The notes beneath the pieces are model-generated. The model made no database searches. It saw only the letters and a program-made list of their open reading frames with translations, and was not told where the DNA came from. Both the position numbers and the translations under genes were made by a program. From Strigamia acuminata (taxonomy: Eukaryota): a stretch of DNA of 64,000 nt. Where the stretch lies: the NCBI GenBank assembly GCA_949358305.1, contig OX442314.1:25606001-25670000 (forward strand), given 5' to 3'. Of the stretch, positions 1-13,100 are shown in pieces (position 1 is the stretch's first letter; each line of letters starts with the position of its first letter).

Positions 1-138
1 AATAATTCAATTATCCAAACAATCTGTTGTGATTACTTTTTAATCTAAAAAATCATTATTCACACTAAATTTTATTACAAACTTTTTACTAGCAATTTAA
101 TACTTCAGATTTCTATTGGCAATTGTTACATTTATTAG

Positions 139-321
139 AAACAGGATCCAACCATGCATTGCAGTAGTGCGTTTAGTTGTGACGAGACAAAGATGCCGAG
201 CTTGGATGGATACAAACCGCGCCCAATTGATGGTCTCGGACTACCGGCAGAATACTGTACCGGTATCGAGGAATATGGATTAACACTCCTCAAACCATCA
301 CGTGAACTAACTCATGCATGA
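139..321 (+). CDS. Possible terminal coding exon of an upstream gene (unknown product)
   Basis: TTATTAG acceptor ending at 138, open phase-0 frame KQDPTMHCSSAFSCDETKMPSLDGYKPRPIDGLGLPAEYCTGIEEYGLTLLKPSRELTHA*, AATAAA at 327-332, higher GC than flanks. No recognisable motif. Confidence 0.3.
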   Translation, partial: KQDPTMHCSSAFSCDETKMPSLDGYKPRPIDGLGLPAEYCTGIEEYGLTLLKPSRELTHA

Positions 322-2081
322 GAGTCAATAAACCTCTCGCGGAAATAATAACTCGAGTATTGAGTTCATGTATATTCTATGACAGGTTATGTTTATCTTA
401 AACCAGCGTTTAAACGCCACCCTTTGCTGCGAAGTTATCTCTGATCTTCACACATGAATTTGAATTTCATTTTTATATCAAGTAGGCGTGACACTGAGTG
501 TATTCAAAGTTTCTGTTTATTATATGGTTTTTGTATGTTTCTCATCCTGTAAACAGCAACGACACGACAAAAGCATGACTATATAACTATGAGGAAGATT
601 ATTTCACTAGGTGAGTTCAAAGTATTTGTATTTTGCCATTTTTACCAGAATGGACATCAAAAACAGCCAAAAACCAAACTTCCAATAATCATAATGTTTT
701 TAGGCGAAGCTTCCGCCTTCTAAAACATGAGTAAAGGTTAGCCCGCTCATCCTATCGGATGATCAATTTTTAAGCCTAAAATTGTAAATAGACCCAAAAA
801 CAAAATCGTCTCAAACATTCATAGTTGGACGTGTTTTTTTTTTTTTTTTTTATATTTTTACATTTTAGTTTTAGCTGTTTACAGAAACACTAAAAACTAT
901 TTAAATAGAAATTTTAAACGGATCTGTTGTGGCTGTTTATAGCTTGGTTTTTGCTGACTTAAACAACATCAAAAACTACTCTAGTTCTGGTTTCAGTTTT
1001 AATTGCTTTCAATGATTTATGGCTTCTGATGGCAGCACAAAAACAGAAACTTTGAATGCACCTAAACTAAGATTTACTAGTTTTTTTTTATTATTATCAG
1101 TACTGATGTCTATGCCAATCAAGAATTATTGTGCAGTAGAAGTTTATAACAGCGCATACATCGGGGTCATTGGATCTACAAATAATTTTAGAATATACTG
1201 ATGTATACTGATGTTCATTGACACAACTCCCCTGGAAACTGAATGAGCAATTTTAATATATAATTTCTGTTCTCTACAAATGCAGTTTTAATCCAGGAGA
1301 ATATTCCCCATCAGTTTAACTGCCATTTTATTTATTTCATTTCAAAAAAAAATTATAGTTAAAAAAATGTATACCGAACTCACCATGTTTTTTAAAGTTA
1401 GAAACTAATCCAACAGATGGCGCACTAATCCCATCTAGTTTACCAACAAGAAAAATTAGGGATAAGTGACATCTTTCAATTACGGCTAATGAGCATCAAC
1501 AACATCGTTACAAATAAAATTAATTACCACCGAAATAAAAGCTGCAATTAAAATTAAAAGCTACAAAATAGTATAATACCATATAAACTCAATAAAAACC
1601 CATCTAATTAAAAAATATTAAATAAATAAAATAAAAAAAAATAAAAAAAAATAAAATAAAATAAAAACCCAACATCCCCCAAAAGAAGAAAGTTGTGGGT
1701 TTAATCTTATCAAATTTACAACATTATCATAAAAACCAAGCCCATCTATCCACATTCCTCAGTTTCCGGAGCTTAGTAGGAACTGACGTATCAAACAGAA
1801 CAAGCGAGTTTTACCTGCCAACCCTCCTTCCCCCAAATGCTATTCACCGAGTAGTTTGGCAGCACCTAACTCGGCGCAGACACCTTTGACTTTGACCGAT
1901 TCAGCACGAACTCGCAATATTCAACATTACGTAATCACCGACTCCAGGCTCACCGTATCTATCAACAGATGTTGTTTACACTTGTTCGCAACTGAAAGCG
2001 CACCTGAACTGGGCAGAAATCGTCGCCGGGCGGAGAAATAATGGAATTTCGAAGGTCAAATGCCTGAGACATGTGAGGACA

Positions 2082-5000
2082 ATGGAAAACAGAAAAGCCC
2101 TTTTGCCTTTGTGCTCAGGTGTGCTGGGTGTTATCAGTTTGGCTCTACAGGTGACTGCAGTGGCAACACCACACTGGGCGCAATTTTTCAGCGATGATCC
2201 GATGGGAAATGGAAATTATCCTTTTGGTGTTGGCAAGTAAAATTTTATTTTTCAATTTTTTTTAGTATTATTTTTAATCCTGGTGTAAAAAGTGTTTGTT
2301 TAAGGTTCAAAGTCCTGTTCATGATTTTTATCATTTTGAAAAAAAAATACTAGATGAGTTCATTGTGGGTTAGAAAGGTGGAAGGGTCAATAACAGATGG
2401 TGATCCATGAGAAAAATGAAATATAATCGTGTGTTTTCTTTGCAATTTGTGCACTGGATAGCATGTTAAGTGCAGAATAAGATTCCCAGGGTCATTTTTT
2501 TATAACCTTTGTTTTAGATAACAATTATTTCTTTTGTGTAATTATTATTTATTAAAAAAAATAAAATAAAATTTAAATCAGATTAAAAATATTTTTAGAA
2601 TCAGAAAAAATTTCTGAGGAAATTAAATATTAATAAAAAAAATGTATAAAAAAGAAATCACATGTTGGGAAAATCATTTCCCGCCCTTTATACACAAATA
2701 TTTCATAATTTCATTATACTTTTAATAGGCAACTTGCGAATCAGATTTTAATCACTTAGAATTACGAAAGTTGCGAAATAACTCTTTGAAAAATGCGTCG
2801 CAAACTTTAGTAAAAATTGCACTAGATATCCAAAAAAAAAAAATTAAATTAAAAAGATAAGTTATTTAACGGTTTTCCCATATTCATATCTCGTCTGCAT
2901 TCTTAGGGCGCCATATTATATCACATGAGACATGTATTAAAAATGAACTAAGAATAATATGCACTGGAAAAACAATAAACACGTTTTATTTACACATTTT
3001 ATTAACAACTCGCCGACTAACCTTGGCACATAAAAATTAAGTATTAGTCGTTGAAAATAATTATCTTTTTATTTTTTAAAACTCAACTCCACCCTTTTTT
3101 CAGTTGACACCCTTCACCCAGCCGATCCCAACTTGTGATAAATAAAATCAATATTCGTTGACACTGATTAGCAGATAGAATATTTCAACCAGGACAGGAA
3201 ATTCGTTTATTTACCTTGACAAATAGAACAAAAATTAAAGTCAAGGATTCGACAAATGGCGTGTCGGAAATGTTGACATTTATTTTTAGTGTTCTTCAAC
3301 ATTGTTTTCGCTTTTCACTCCGTCACACTTCACTTAACAAACAAACAAATAGAAGGGAAACCTGAATTTGAGTTTTTGACCAATCTTTAGAAAATTTATA
3401 TAATTCTATTTGTCACTGTAGTAATAAAACGTCGAGGAAAATTACAGAGTTCGTGGCAGTCATATTTTTTCCTTCGGTTTGCATGTCACAATCAATTCGC
3501 TTAATTCAGTAAATGACGGGTAAACATCGCCATTTGTGTTTATTAGTGTAATAGTGAAGCTATTTCGGGGTTGTTATGTTTTTTATTCAATAAATGTTGG
3601 TCAAAAAACTAGTCTTGAATGATAAATAAAATTTTAATTTTGTTGTTGAATTTTAATCCCAACAGGTCACCCTGCGGAGAAGGGACATTACGGATTATGG
3701 AACCTGTGTCTTACAATCTACGAAGGAATTACGCTTGCTAGACCGAAATGTGATGCGATGAAGCCAAGATTTGATCCAGGAAGTAAATAAAAAATACACA
3801 ATTACATGTGGATTTCAATCATGCGTCAAATTTGTTATTACAACCAGTATGGAGCGTGTGGAGAGGGCACAGGTGGATGTGCCTGAATGGAGACAATTTT
3901 GCTTATCACTTTCTAGTCCACAAACGTCATCACATTTTTAAAAAATGTATTAAAGTTTGGTCAATGCTGGTTGCGACATATGAAATTATTCATTGGAATT
4001 CAACCAAGCAGTATATTTTTATTACATGATTGAAAATAGGAAGAAAAAGTTATTCAATTTTTTTTTTAAATATCAGAAAATGGGAAAAAAAAATTGAAAT
4101 AACATTTTCGTTTGTATTAAATTCATGGTGGATTGATTCATATTTTATTAATTTTATTCTTTTAATTTTATTTTTGCAGTGTTAAGATATTATGCGGGAG
4201 CTTTCGCTTTAGCGGACATCGTTTTACTCCTCGTTTTCTTATTCCCTGTTCCTGCTCAACTAATGTATCTCTACAAAAACAAAGGAATTGTCAATATATC
4301 ATACAGAGCTCTAGCACTTACAAAAGTGATCTCAATTGTATTTGGAGGTGAGTTTGATGTGTGTGGGAAAAAATGACACATTGACAGATTTAATGGACAG
4401 TTCTCTTTCCATTAACTCTTGTATGATTTTAATTATTATTTGCATCTTAAGTGAACACTAAGCAGACACTTGAAGGAACTTGTCACAACTGCATCTCGCT
4501 TTCATTCTGAATTCAATGTTTTATTCAGTGGAAATCCGAAAGCATCTTATCAAATTTAGAAATTTTCAGTCCTAAAAGTAACATTTTAGGCTATAAATTA
4601 TTCAAATGTAGTAATTTAGATAATTGGTCGTTATTTATATCCCTTATTTTAAATTTGATGCAATGAAACAGGAAATTTGTTGTTTTCAAATGTGTTCATT
4701 TTCCTGCAATACATCCAGGTCAATTTACGGTTTGCTTGGCATCACAATTGAAAAAAAATAAAAAAAAATAATATTAAAGTCAATATACACATTTCTGTAA
4801 AGAATTTAAACCTTTTGTTCGCTTTCTTTAACCATTTATAAACTTAAATTTAAAATTTTCTCAAAACTTTTTGCAAAAAAAACAAAAATTTGTTTAAGTA
4901 ATTGAATAGCCCAATGCACCAGTTTGATTGCATGGTTGTTCAAACATTTCCCAACTCAATTACCCAATATTCTTAAACCGCTAATTCTTTTGAGACCGAC

Positions 5001-5920
5001 TACAGATAATTACACAACTTGAAAACCCCACTAATGAGAAATTCTATAGAATTTCAACTAGTAATTAGATGCTCAGCCACACAAGTGGAGATGATGATAA
5101 CATAAATCCATGCAAATCAAAATAGCACTGATTATCTCTCAGCAATTCAAACCCTCACTTGAAAATATAAATAACATATTTTGTTCACATTTTTCAGCTG
5201 CAAGCGGCATGACTGCTGCTGTTTTAATTGGCATCCACACAAAACCGTATTACGAAATACCAAAAGGCTGGTCATTTGGATTACAAGTACTGAGTATCAA
5301 TGCGTATATCACAAATTAACAAATCAACTTACTCGCATCTCTTATTTCAGGTTGTTGTTGTAATACTTCAAATCTTTCTATTCATATCTGCCCTTATGGA
5401 GTACTACATTGGAAAAAAATTCCCCAACGTGTCTCTGACCAAGATAGATAAAACAAATGGATACAGCAGTGGTTTACACAATCCAGGCTTTCATATGACA
5501 TCTCCAGCAACCGATTCTGTTGACAAACAACAAGAGACCAAAATATTTCCTATATCTGTTACAAGTGAAAGTGGAAAACCACATTCTAATGGACCACAAA
5601 CAAAGCCGTACACTCTTCCAAAATACGAGTACGGCAACACTTTACCGGTAACACATGACAATTTAAGTGAACCTGGAAATAGGAAGAGCATGCAGTACTT
5701 AGAAGACGTTGATATTCAGCAGCCGGAGCCCAAACCTAAGACGAGACCACCAAAACCGCGCAAAGCCGGTTACCGAAATAACGCCTACAAACCGTCGCAT
5801 AATGATGAATCAGATTTAGACTGTAGTGTACCAAGTCTTAGTAGCAGAAATGGTAGAAATCACAGCACAAGCTTGTCTTCCGACACTGCAACTAGTTATT
5901 CCAAAAGTACTGATGTGTAG
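2082..5920 (+). CDS. Claudin/PMP22/EMP-superfamily tetraspan membrane protein, 5 exons (approx. 2082-2232, 3666-3782, 4180-4347, 5198-5286, 5351-5920)
   Basis: Spliced translation gives TM1 ending AVATPHW, the claudin signature GLWNLC...C in exon 2, further hydrophobic segments, GWSFGL before TM4 and a long polar C-terminal tail. Splice phases are consistent; intron 1 needs a GC donor or a weak GT donor. Confidence 0.8.
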
Positions 5921-6121
5921 AAAACTAGAACACGGTGTGCAGATGGATGGGGAATTAACATACAAATCAAATCACACGTATCAGCCTTCGAGTCTTTTTA
6001 TATGAATTATTAAGTTTTTTTTACTCTCAAATGGTTTTTAGTATTACAACAAGTGTGAATTTGTGCTTGCATTTTATTAATGACGTTACTTCCGGTCTAT
6101 AAAGCTTCCGATAGATCTTAG

Positions 6122-6521
6122 CACAGACCTAAATACACTAGACTACAAACTGAGGGATTGTGGGTAAGAAGCGTATGCAACACTTGATTCGCTTTCACTT
6201 CCTGTTAATGTTATGGCTGCCTAAAATCAGCTTACAAACAAAATTTCTGAATGATGGTTAGCAAACACTGCGTCGTTTTGAATTGTGAGATGTCACAAGC
6301 CAGATGTATTTATTTAAATTTAACTAAGAAAAAAAAATGCAAATTGCGAGAATAACGATAAACCCAGAGAAAAACGAAAAATAGTATTGAATTTGGTGGA
6401 GTAAGACGCAAGACAGGAAGTTGGAGAGCATTTATGATGTCACTTCACCCCAACAATCCCTCTTCCTCTCGCAAGCTTGGCGCCATTTGCAGTGCGCAGT
6501 CCAGTTGTATTTAGGTCTGTG
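6122..6521. mobile_element. Non-autonomous DNA transposon (P-element-like MITE, 400 bp)
   Basis: TIRs CACAGACCTAAATAC / GTATTTAGGTCTGTG; near-TSD ATCTTAG / ATCTTAT; internal MVSKHCVVLNC resembles the start of a THAP domain. Confidence 0.55.
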
Positions 6522-7148
6522 ATCTTATTTACAGTTTAAACGAGGCGGGAAGAGAATAAAGTAGCTGCATTCGAAAAGTGTGTTGAAATTTTTTAGTCTA
6601 AATGACTTTTTGAATGCAGCTAGTGTGTGTAAAGATTTCAACAAATATGAGACTACGACGTACAGTAGGTGAAATTCCAAATGTCTAAATTGACTTATTA
6701 TCCTTGAAAGTAATGGAAATTGAAATACCGGTACCTAATACAAGATACCACAAGTCTGAGTAAATATGCTAATGATTTAAAAAAAAATCAGTTGCCTTCA
6801 AATTCAAACTATTTTAAATACAGGTATTTAGTTAAATTATGCCATTAATAAGTGTAGATATAATTTTTAGTTTTCATACTTGGGTTTTATTATACAGTGC
6901 AAATGTTGTGCAGATCTCAAACAAATACATCTTTCATAACAATTATAATTACAATTTTGTAATGGTTGATTGGGATAAAAGCGAGGTGTAATTATCATTG
7001 TACATAATCATGCTTAGGCCAGTGACACTGTTATTTAATTACTAATTACTGTAACTACTTGTATAACAAAAGACGCGGTACTAAGAATAAAAGCAGGTAC
7101 AATACACTACTCTCTTCATTCTTCCGTTACATCCGTCAAAAACCTTTC

Positions 7149-7632
7149 TTAGCCGACAGTTGAATTATTATTCCTTATCGAATTCAAAAATTGTCTGAAT
7201 AGTTCCGACAGTACAGCTCCGTTAAGTAACCCCAAACCAAAACCACCTAAACCATTTCCTCCAAATCCTGGGCCTCCAAATCCTGGGCGTCCACCCCATT
7301 TGTTACCAAATCGCATTTCCTTCTGACGCTGCAAAACCAATAAAAAAAATGTAATTATCAGTTTACAGTTTACAATTAGCGCACACAGCAACAGGAAACA
7401 CAACCAAACTATTGCCGTATACACAAAATGTCCGTTACTGCATTCACGAAAGGTTCAAATGAGTTAAATTAAGCTAAGTTACTTATTTTCCCCAGATAAC
7501 ACAAATTGTTTTCTACTCAACTCACAACTCACAACTTACATCATTTTGCACCACTTCTGCTTCGTCAACTTGAGTGGCAAGCACCGCAATAACCATCAGT
7601 GACAGACCAACCAATAACAAGAAGACTTTCAT
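7149..7632 (-). CDS. Small secreted glycine-rich peptide precursor (~90 aa, 2 exons: 7632-7540, 7328-7149)
   Basis: Exon 1 MKVFLLLVGLSLMVIAVLATQVDEAEVVQND (signal peptide plus acidic segment), GTAAGT donor, TTTTGCAG acceptor, exon 2 RQKEMRFGNKWGGRPGFGGPGFGGNGLGGFGLGLLNGAVLSELFRQFLNSIRNNNSTVG*. TATA-like sequence about 60 nt upstream. Confidence 0.75.
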
Positions 7633-7913
7633 GTTGAATAATTTCTCGTTCACTGGAAATAGTTTTCAATACAGAAGAAATAAATTCACCCACATATATA
7701 TGGAAAAATAGTATTGCTGACATGGTTTACATCGATGATTTATTTCCATCCCTAATGACAACAGAAACTGAAACTAATTTTGTAGATCTGTTTAATATTG
7801 GTAAATGAAGATTGATGAGACATTTGCTTGTGATACATTTATTCAGGAACTGGGACTAAGATACATTAATTTTTTTCAAAGTCATATATTTGTTGACCAA
7901 ACTAATCTATCCT

Positions 7914-8487
7914 TCATATTGCAGGAATAATGGGACTTGCTCTTGGCATAGATTCATTTGGCAAGGACGTCACGACAGACTCCTCCTACAACAACAAAAA
8001 ACAACATGTTGAACTAAGGTATCCTAGTTTAAAGAACAACTAAATTAATTTAATTTTAGGCTCAAGAAAATACCATTTCATGATCTCCATGATGTTCATG
8101 ATGTACATCGTCAGGATCTATATGAGCCGATCTGCACCCTTTTCGTTTGTAACTTCCCTTCTTTTTGGGTTTTTCTTCTTCCTTTTCCTTGCCCTTGTCC
8201 TTTTTCTTATTAAATATTAATCTTTCTTGAATAGCATCTCCGACTTGGTTGCCGATACCTGGATATTGAGGTCTGATTGGTCTGTTTCGTCTGCCAGGTC
8301 TTCGGCGCCAAGGTTTGCTAGGAGGATTGTTAGGCTTAGGTTCATTGGATTCATCAGGCCCTTTAATCCCTTGCTTTCCAATGCTGCCAGTATTGGGATT
8401 ACTAGTTGCGGAATCGACCCATGATTGTTGTGCGCAAATTGAATTGCAAAAATAGAATATGAGGGAAATACAGAGAACGAACTTCAT
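7914..8487 (-). CDS. Secreted low-complexity protein (Pro/Arg-rich, Lys-rich and His-rich segments); probably 2 exons: 8487-8074 and ~7986-7914
   Basis: Signal peptide MKFVLCISLIFYFCNSICA; ORF 8062-8487; in-phase donor after ...HGDHEM and a TTGTTGTAG acceptor give the tail EESVVTSLPNESMPRASPIIPAI*; TATAAATA about 50 nt upstream. Confidence 0.65.
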
Positions 8488-9251
8488 CGTTGTGTGTGCA
8501 CCTCAATGAGACCAGTTGGAGTTTGAGACCAATATTTATACTAATTTTAAAGGAAGACATTAGGGGGAGACATTATGATAAATGTCCAACGTAATTATTA
8601 ACGATTTAAGCATCTGGTTTTAGAATATACAATAAAAAATGAAAGAATTTATGTAAAACTACCAGAAAAAAAAATTGTGTTCAAAGAAGTGAGTCATAGA
8701 TACTTAATTGAGTGCAAATGAAGGAATTTTAGTTACCATTAATTCTAAAAGCCCAAAAATTAAATCCCACACACACTTTCATATTTTGGGTTTGTGTTAT
8801 GTTTACCCAACATAATTTTTGCGACGCTTCAGTCACTTTTTCTTGTCATCTCGAGTCTCAGTGTCAATGTCCGGGGCCTCGAAACAACAAAAACATTAAA
8901 AATTCTGAGGAATTGCTATCTATTGCTGTGCAGGTCTATGATAGTATGTGGAAAAAATTTGGGTTTTGTCAATAGAACGAGGCTATTCTATCAGAGCATT
9001 TGTGGTAATTTGATACCAAACATTGATATCCTTGAGTTGACTCTGACGACGGTTTTGAATTAATATCGGCGTCGCCTGTGAAAGCGAATTTAGTGCCAAA
9101 AAATACATCTCATTTGAAAAGATGTAACGGTTGCACTCAAAATCAAAGACCAAGGTTAAAATCTTGAGAGTAATCATCCTGTGTGCAAAACAACATTCTA
9201 TATTTATAAAAATTTCATCTCTGTGATAATACTTTTAAAAAAAATTAAGCC

Positions 9252-10072
9252 TGTGGTGACCCAGTTGGATAAGTGTCCCCCCAGGGCGGATACTTGTCCT
9301 ATGAGTCACTATGATTAAAGAGTCGTTCCCCCCCGAGTTGGCTCCACCTCCCCATGGCAGGTGTGTGCCCCGAGGGGGAGGAAGCGGCTGGTGGTCAGCC
9401 CCCATTGGTTGATCGCCGGCCCTTCACCCCACTGCATAAAAGGCTGTGTTTCCCGCCTAAAGACAGAACTTACACAAACGACACCAAGAACACAGCAACT
9501 ACCTCACCGTCAGGCCAACTTCAACTACAAGTTAGGATTGATCGAGGATCGCTGAGTAAAGTGCAAACTGTAACTCTCACGAAGTCACTTGCGAGCTATT
9601 CCTGCGAAAGCACGAGAATAGCCCTTGTGAAATCACCCAGAATAATCGCCCAGACGATTATTCGCCGAAGTAAGTGTCCGAGTGCTTTGTAGGGAACCCC
9701 AAAGTTCCTAGACGAGGCCTCTGCGACGCTAAACCAAAACCTAGACAACAGGCACGGATAGAAGACTCGAAAGAGCATTCCACCGCGTCCGTGAAGACGA
9801 ATCCGTGACGAATTAACGACAACTCGAGACGCCGCCTTTGTTCCGCCGACCACGCGGAATCGACGACGCCATCTTGAGAAATCCTTTGTTCGACGCTGAC
9901 CACGTCGACTCTAGAATTATTACTGAGTGTATTTTAAAGGCATAAAGCCTGGTGAATAAATTACCTGTTTATTTACATACATTTAGTATTCATTTGGGTA
10001 TTTGCATAATTGATCACAGGTAAAGTATTACACGTTAGCGCTATTTAAACCTATACCAAGTAGGACGCGACA
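9252..10072 (+). repeat. 5' LTR of element A
   Basis: TGTGGTGACC...GACGCGACA, matches 21302-22122 (offset 12050); AATAAA at ~9955; GTAAGT donor-like site at 9670. Confidence 0.97.
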
Positions 10073-10074
10073 CG

Positions 10075-10092
10075 TGGGGGCCTGTCCGGGAT
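10075..10092 (+). promoter_or_regulatory. Primer-binding site, tRNA-Pro-like
   Basis: TGGGGGCCTGTCCGGGAT lies 2 nt after the LTR and differs at two positions from the classic tRNA-Pro PBS TGGGGGCTCGTCCGGGAT. Confidence 0.8.
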
Positions 10093-10166
10093 TTAGAAAT
10101 AAATCTCAAATCTGAACTTGTGATCTCTCAATAAGATAACCCAAACCGTAGAATTACCGAAAGAAA

Positions 10167-13100
10167 ATGTCAGACAAAGATGAGCAATCCACGTCTGACA
10201 CCGAGCAGAGAATGCCCGAGAAGGGAAAAAGGACCTCCGACTACCACCTAAGGTCGGATGGTCCCGTCCCTGAAATGTCCGCAAAGGCGAAAGCCCGAGC
10301 GAATAAAAGGAGAGCGAAGGCGCAGAAAGAGGAGCAAGCTGCATCGCTCGCGGCCCTAGACGGGCCAGAGCGAGAGCGGGTTCCCTTGAATATGCAACCC
10401 TTCGAAGATACCGATCCGGAAGCCATAGAAAATCGAGAAGAAATTCGCGAGGTATCACCAGGACGAGTATCGATATTGATGACCGAGGAGACGGATGAAG
10501 CTCCGAAAAGAACGGTCACGATCGGCACAGACCCATCGCCACCAACGGCTCAGACGTCCGTAAAACAAACCCCACGGAAAAACGACGGCGGGACCCCGAT
10601 AACCCCCCGAGTTACGGCGAGTCCTGCAGTTGTTTCCTTCGAAGTATCTCACCTAATTCGGTTGACGCAGCAAGCTGCCCAGCTAAAAGCGATGATAGAC
10701 ATTCCAGTAGGAACGTCAGTCTGGGAATCGATTACCCTACTCACTGACGCTATCTGTGCGGCACAAGCCCCGACGCCGGTCGCAAGACCAGCAGCGGAGA
10801 CGCCCATGCCCCAGGTAACGCCCAGTGACACCGGAGGTTTCGCGCCAGACCCCAACCGAACACTTCACGAATCCAGAGAGAAGGCCCGCGAGGAAGCCAG
10901 ACAAGAAGCGACTAGTCGCCAACGAAGGCTGAGCGCAGAGCGGCGAGAACTCTGGAAGGAAGAGGAAGAAAGGGAGCAACGCGAGAGAAGAACCACCGAG
11001 AGAACAGAGAAACTGGTCCAAAAAATGAGGGAAGAACGAGAAGCTAAAATTCGAAAAGAATGGAACGCAACAGTAGAAGGGCGACATCGAGAAGCTCAAG
11101 AGTACGAGGACCAATTTCAAGCGCTAATAGCTCAAAGAAAAACAGAAAAACTACAAATGTTGCGAAAAGAGGCCATTCTACAACATCAGAAATGGGAAGA
11201 ACAACATCGCGAGAGGTTGAGAGAAGAGGAAGCCAGAAAAGGAAAAGAACAGTTTCTGAAAGAGAAAGAAGAGTGGGATCGAGTCAGATGGACCGAAGAG
11301 TACAAAGCGAAGAAACAAGCTATAATAGATGAGCAAAAAAGATGGGAAGCCGAAAACTGGGAGAAGGAGACAGAAAAGTTCCAGAAAGAGTACGCACAAG
11401 ACGTCTCGGACAGGAAGAAAAATGAAGAAAACCTGAAACGGAAACCAGAACCCCCCAGCGGCTCTGATACCGACACAGGAGAAGGTGCAACAAAGCCGGC
11501 AAAAACGGCGAAAAGGGGGAAATCTCAAAAGAGAGACGAGTCGGTCCCAAAAACAAAGGGCCGTCACCCCTCAAAAGGATCCGAGACGGGAGCAGCCATC
11601 GACGCGTTACTCGAAAAGAAAAACGCAAATAAAAATCGGGAACGCCCCGAAAGCGAGGAAAACAGATGGCATTCTTTTTACGAGAACAACGACGGAGGGG
11701 AGCCGCCGCCATCCGGAGGCTCGAAACAGAAGAAGGCTGGCGGAGAGACCCCACCGAGAGGGCCGAGGTTTCACCCCCAAGGAGATCCCTCCGAGCCCTC
11801 CGATTCGTCGGACGACGACCATCCGAGTCGACCGTCTACAGGGAGGAGTCAAGAAGACAGCGATGGGCACCGGTCGAACCGGCCGAATGCTTCAGACCGC
11901 TCCTCCCGGAGCTCCAACCCTCGTTCGGAGGAAGGGAACTTTCAGGACTCATCTGGCCGACATTACACGATGTCTGAGCTAGGCCGAGCCCTGCTGAACT
12001 CTTTCAGAAGAGAAGGAATAGATCTAGGCCATCCAGGCGACGAACATAATCGCGCCGGAGAGAGGGTTAAGCGCAAATATGGCGTACGAAACGAACCAAG
12101 CAGCGAAGCCACGGGTAACATCCGTTGGCAACACTACATACAAACACGATTCGACGGTTCGTGGAAGGCCGGAGACCGCTTCCTAGACGAAGTAATGCGT
12201 ATCAAGAAAGCGACAAAAGCCACCGTCGCCGACATGCTAACCCACGGTCTAGTGGAGCTAACCACGGGGTCAGCTCGAGAATGGTATCAGGGACTGAAAA
12301 ACCCAACCTGGGACGATTTTCTCGTCCGTTTCGATCTCCGATACGGCGAGACTCCAGACGAGATCAGTAACAAATTACGTGGTCTACGGCAAGCCCCAGG
12401 AGAAACATTAGCCGACTACGACGCCCGAGCGAAACTCCTGTTTGCAAGAGCGCCGTACGAAATAAACCCCGCTGGTTTTACGATGATCTTTTACGGAGGA
12501 TTATCGGCCCACTCGCAAAGAATTCTGCTAGACATGCGTGCACCTCGCACTGGCGATTACCAAGATGTCAGTAACTATCTTCTAACAAACACGTTAGAAA
12601 TAGAACAGCGGTATTACGCCACTCTGCCCCCGGAGGAAGCTGACGCACACGAGAAACGGTTGCAGACGAGTGCCGAACGTCACAAGACCTCAGAAAAATT
12701 AATGAGGCCAAGTGAATATTTGAGCGGCATAATGAGTCTCACCGAAGCATCCTTCGGACGAATGCTGACGCCTAAAGCAGGCAGTATTCTTCCAGCCAAC
12801 CCGATAGCTGCCCCAAAGAAAGCACCGGCAGCAACGGCGATGCAGGTGACCTCGACGGACTCCACCCAGATGGAGAAAGTCGAAGAGACAACACCTCTCG
12901 CCACGGCTAAAGAAGAGGAGCCAGCATCAAGCGACGAGGAAGCCCTAAATGAGCACCTCGAAAACTTGTCGACGGGATGCGACGATCAAGGTCCCTATTT
13001 GCACCATGCACACCGGGCCTTAGCAATCGCACAATTCAGAGCACACGTGCAGGCAACAAAAGCGAGAGGGGCATTGGGAGGAAAAAGACGATTCCCGACG

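Noticed and set aside
9354..9903. Short ORFs duplicated at 21404-21953 (and 32571-33043 / 44478-44950)
   Set aside because: They lie inside LTRs, so the duplication is just the LTR pair; no motifs.
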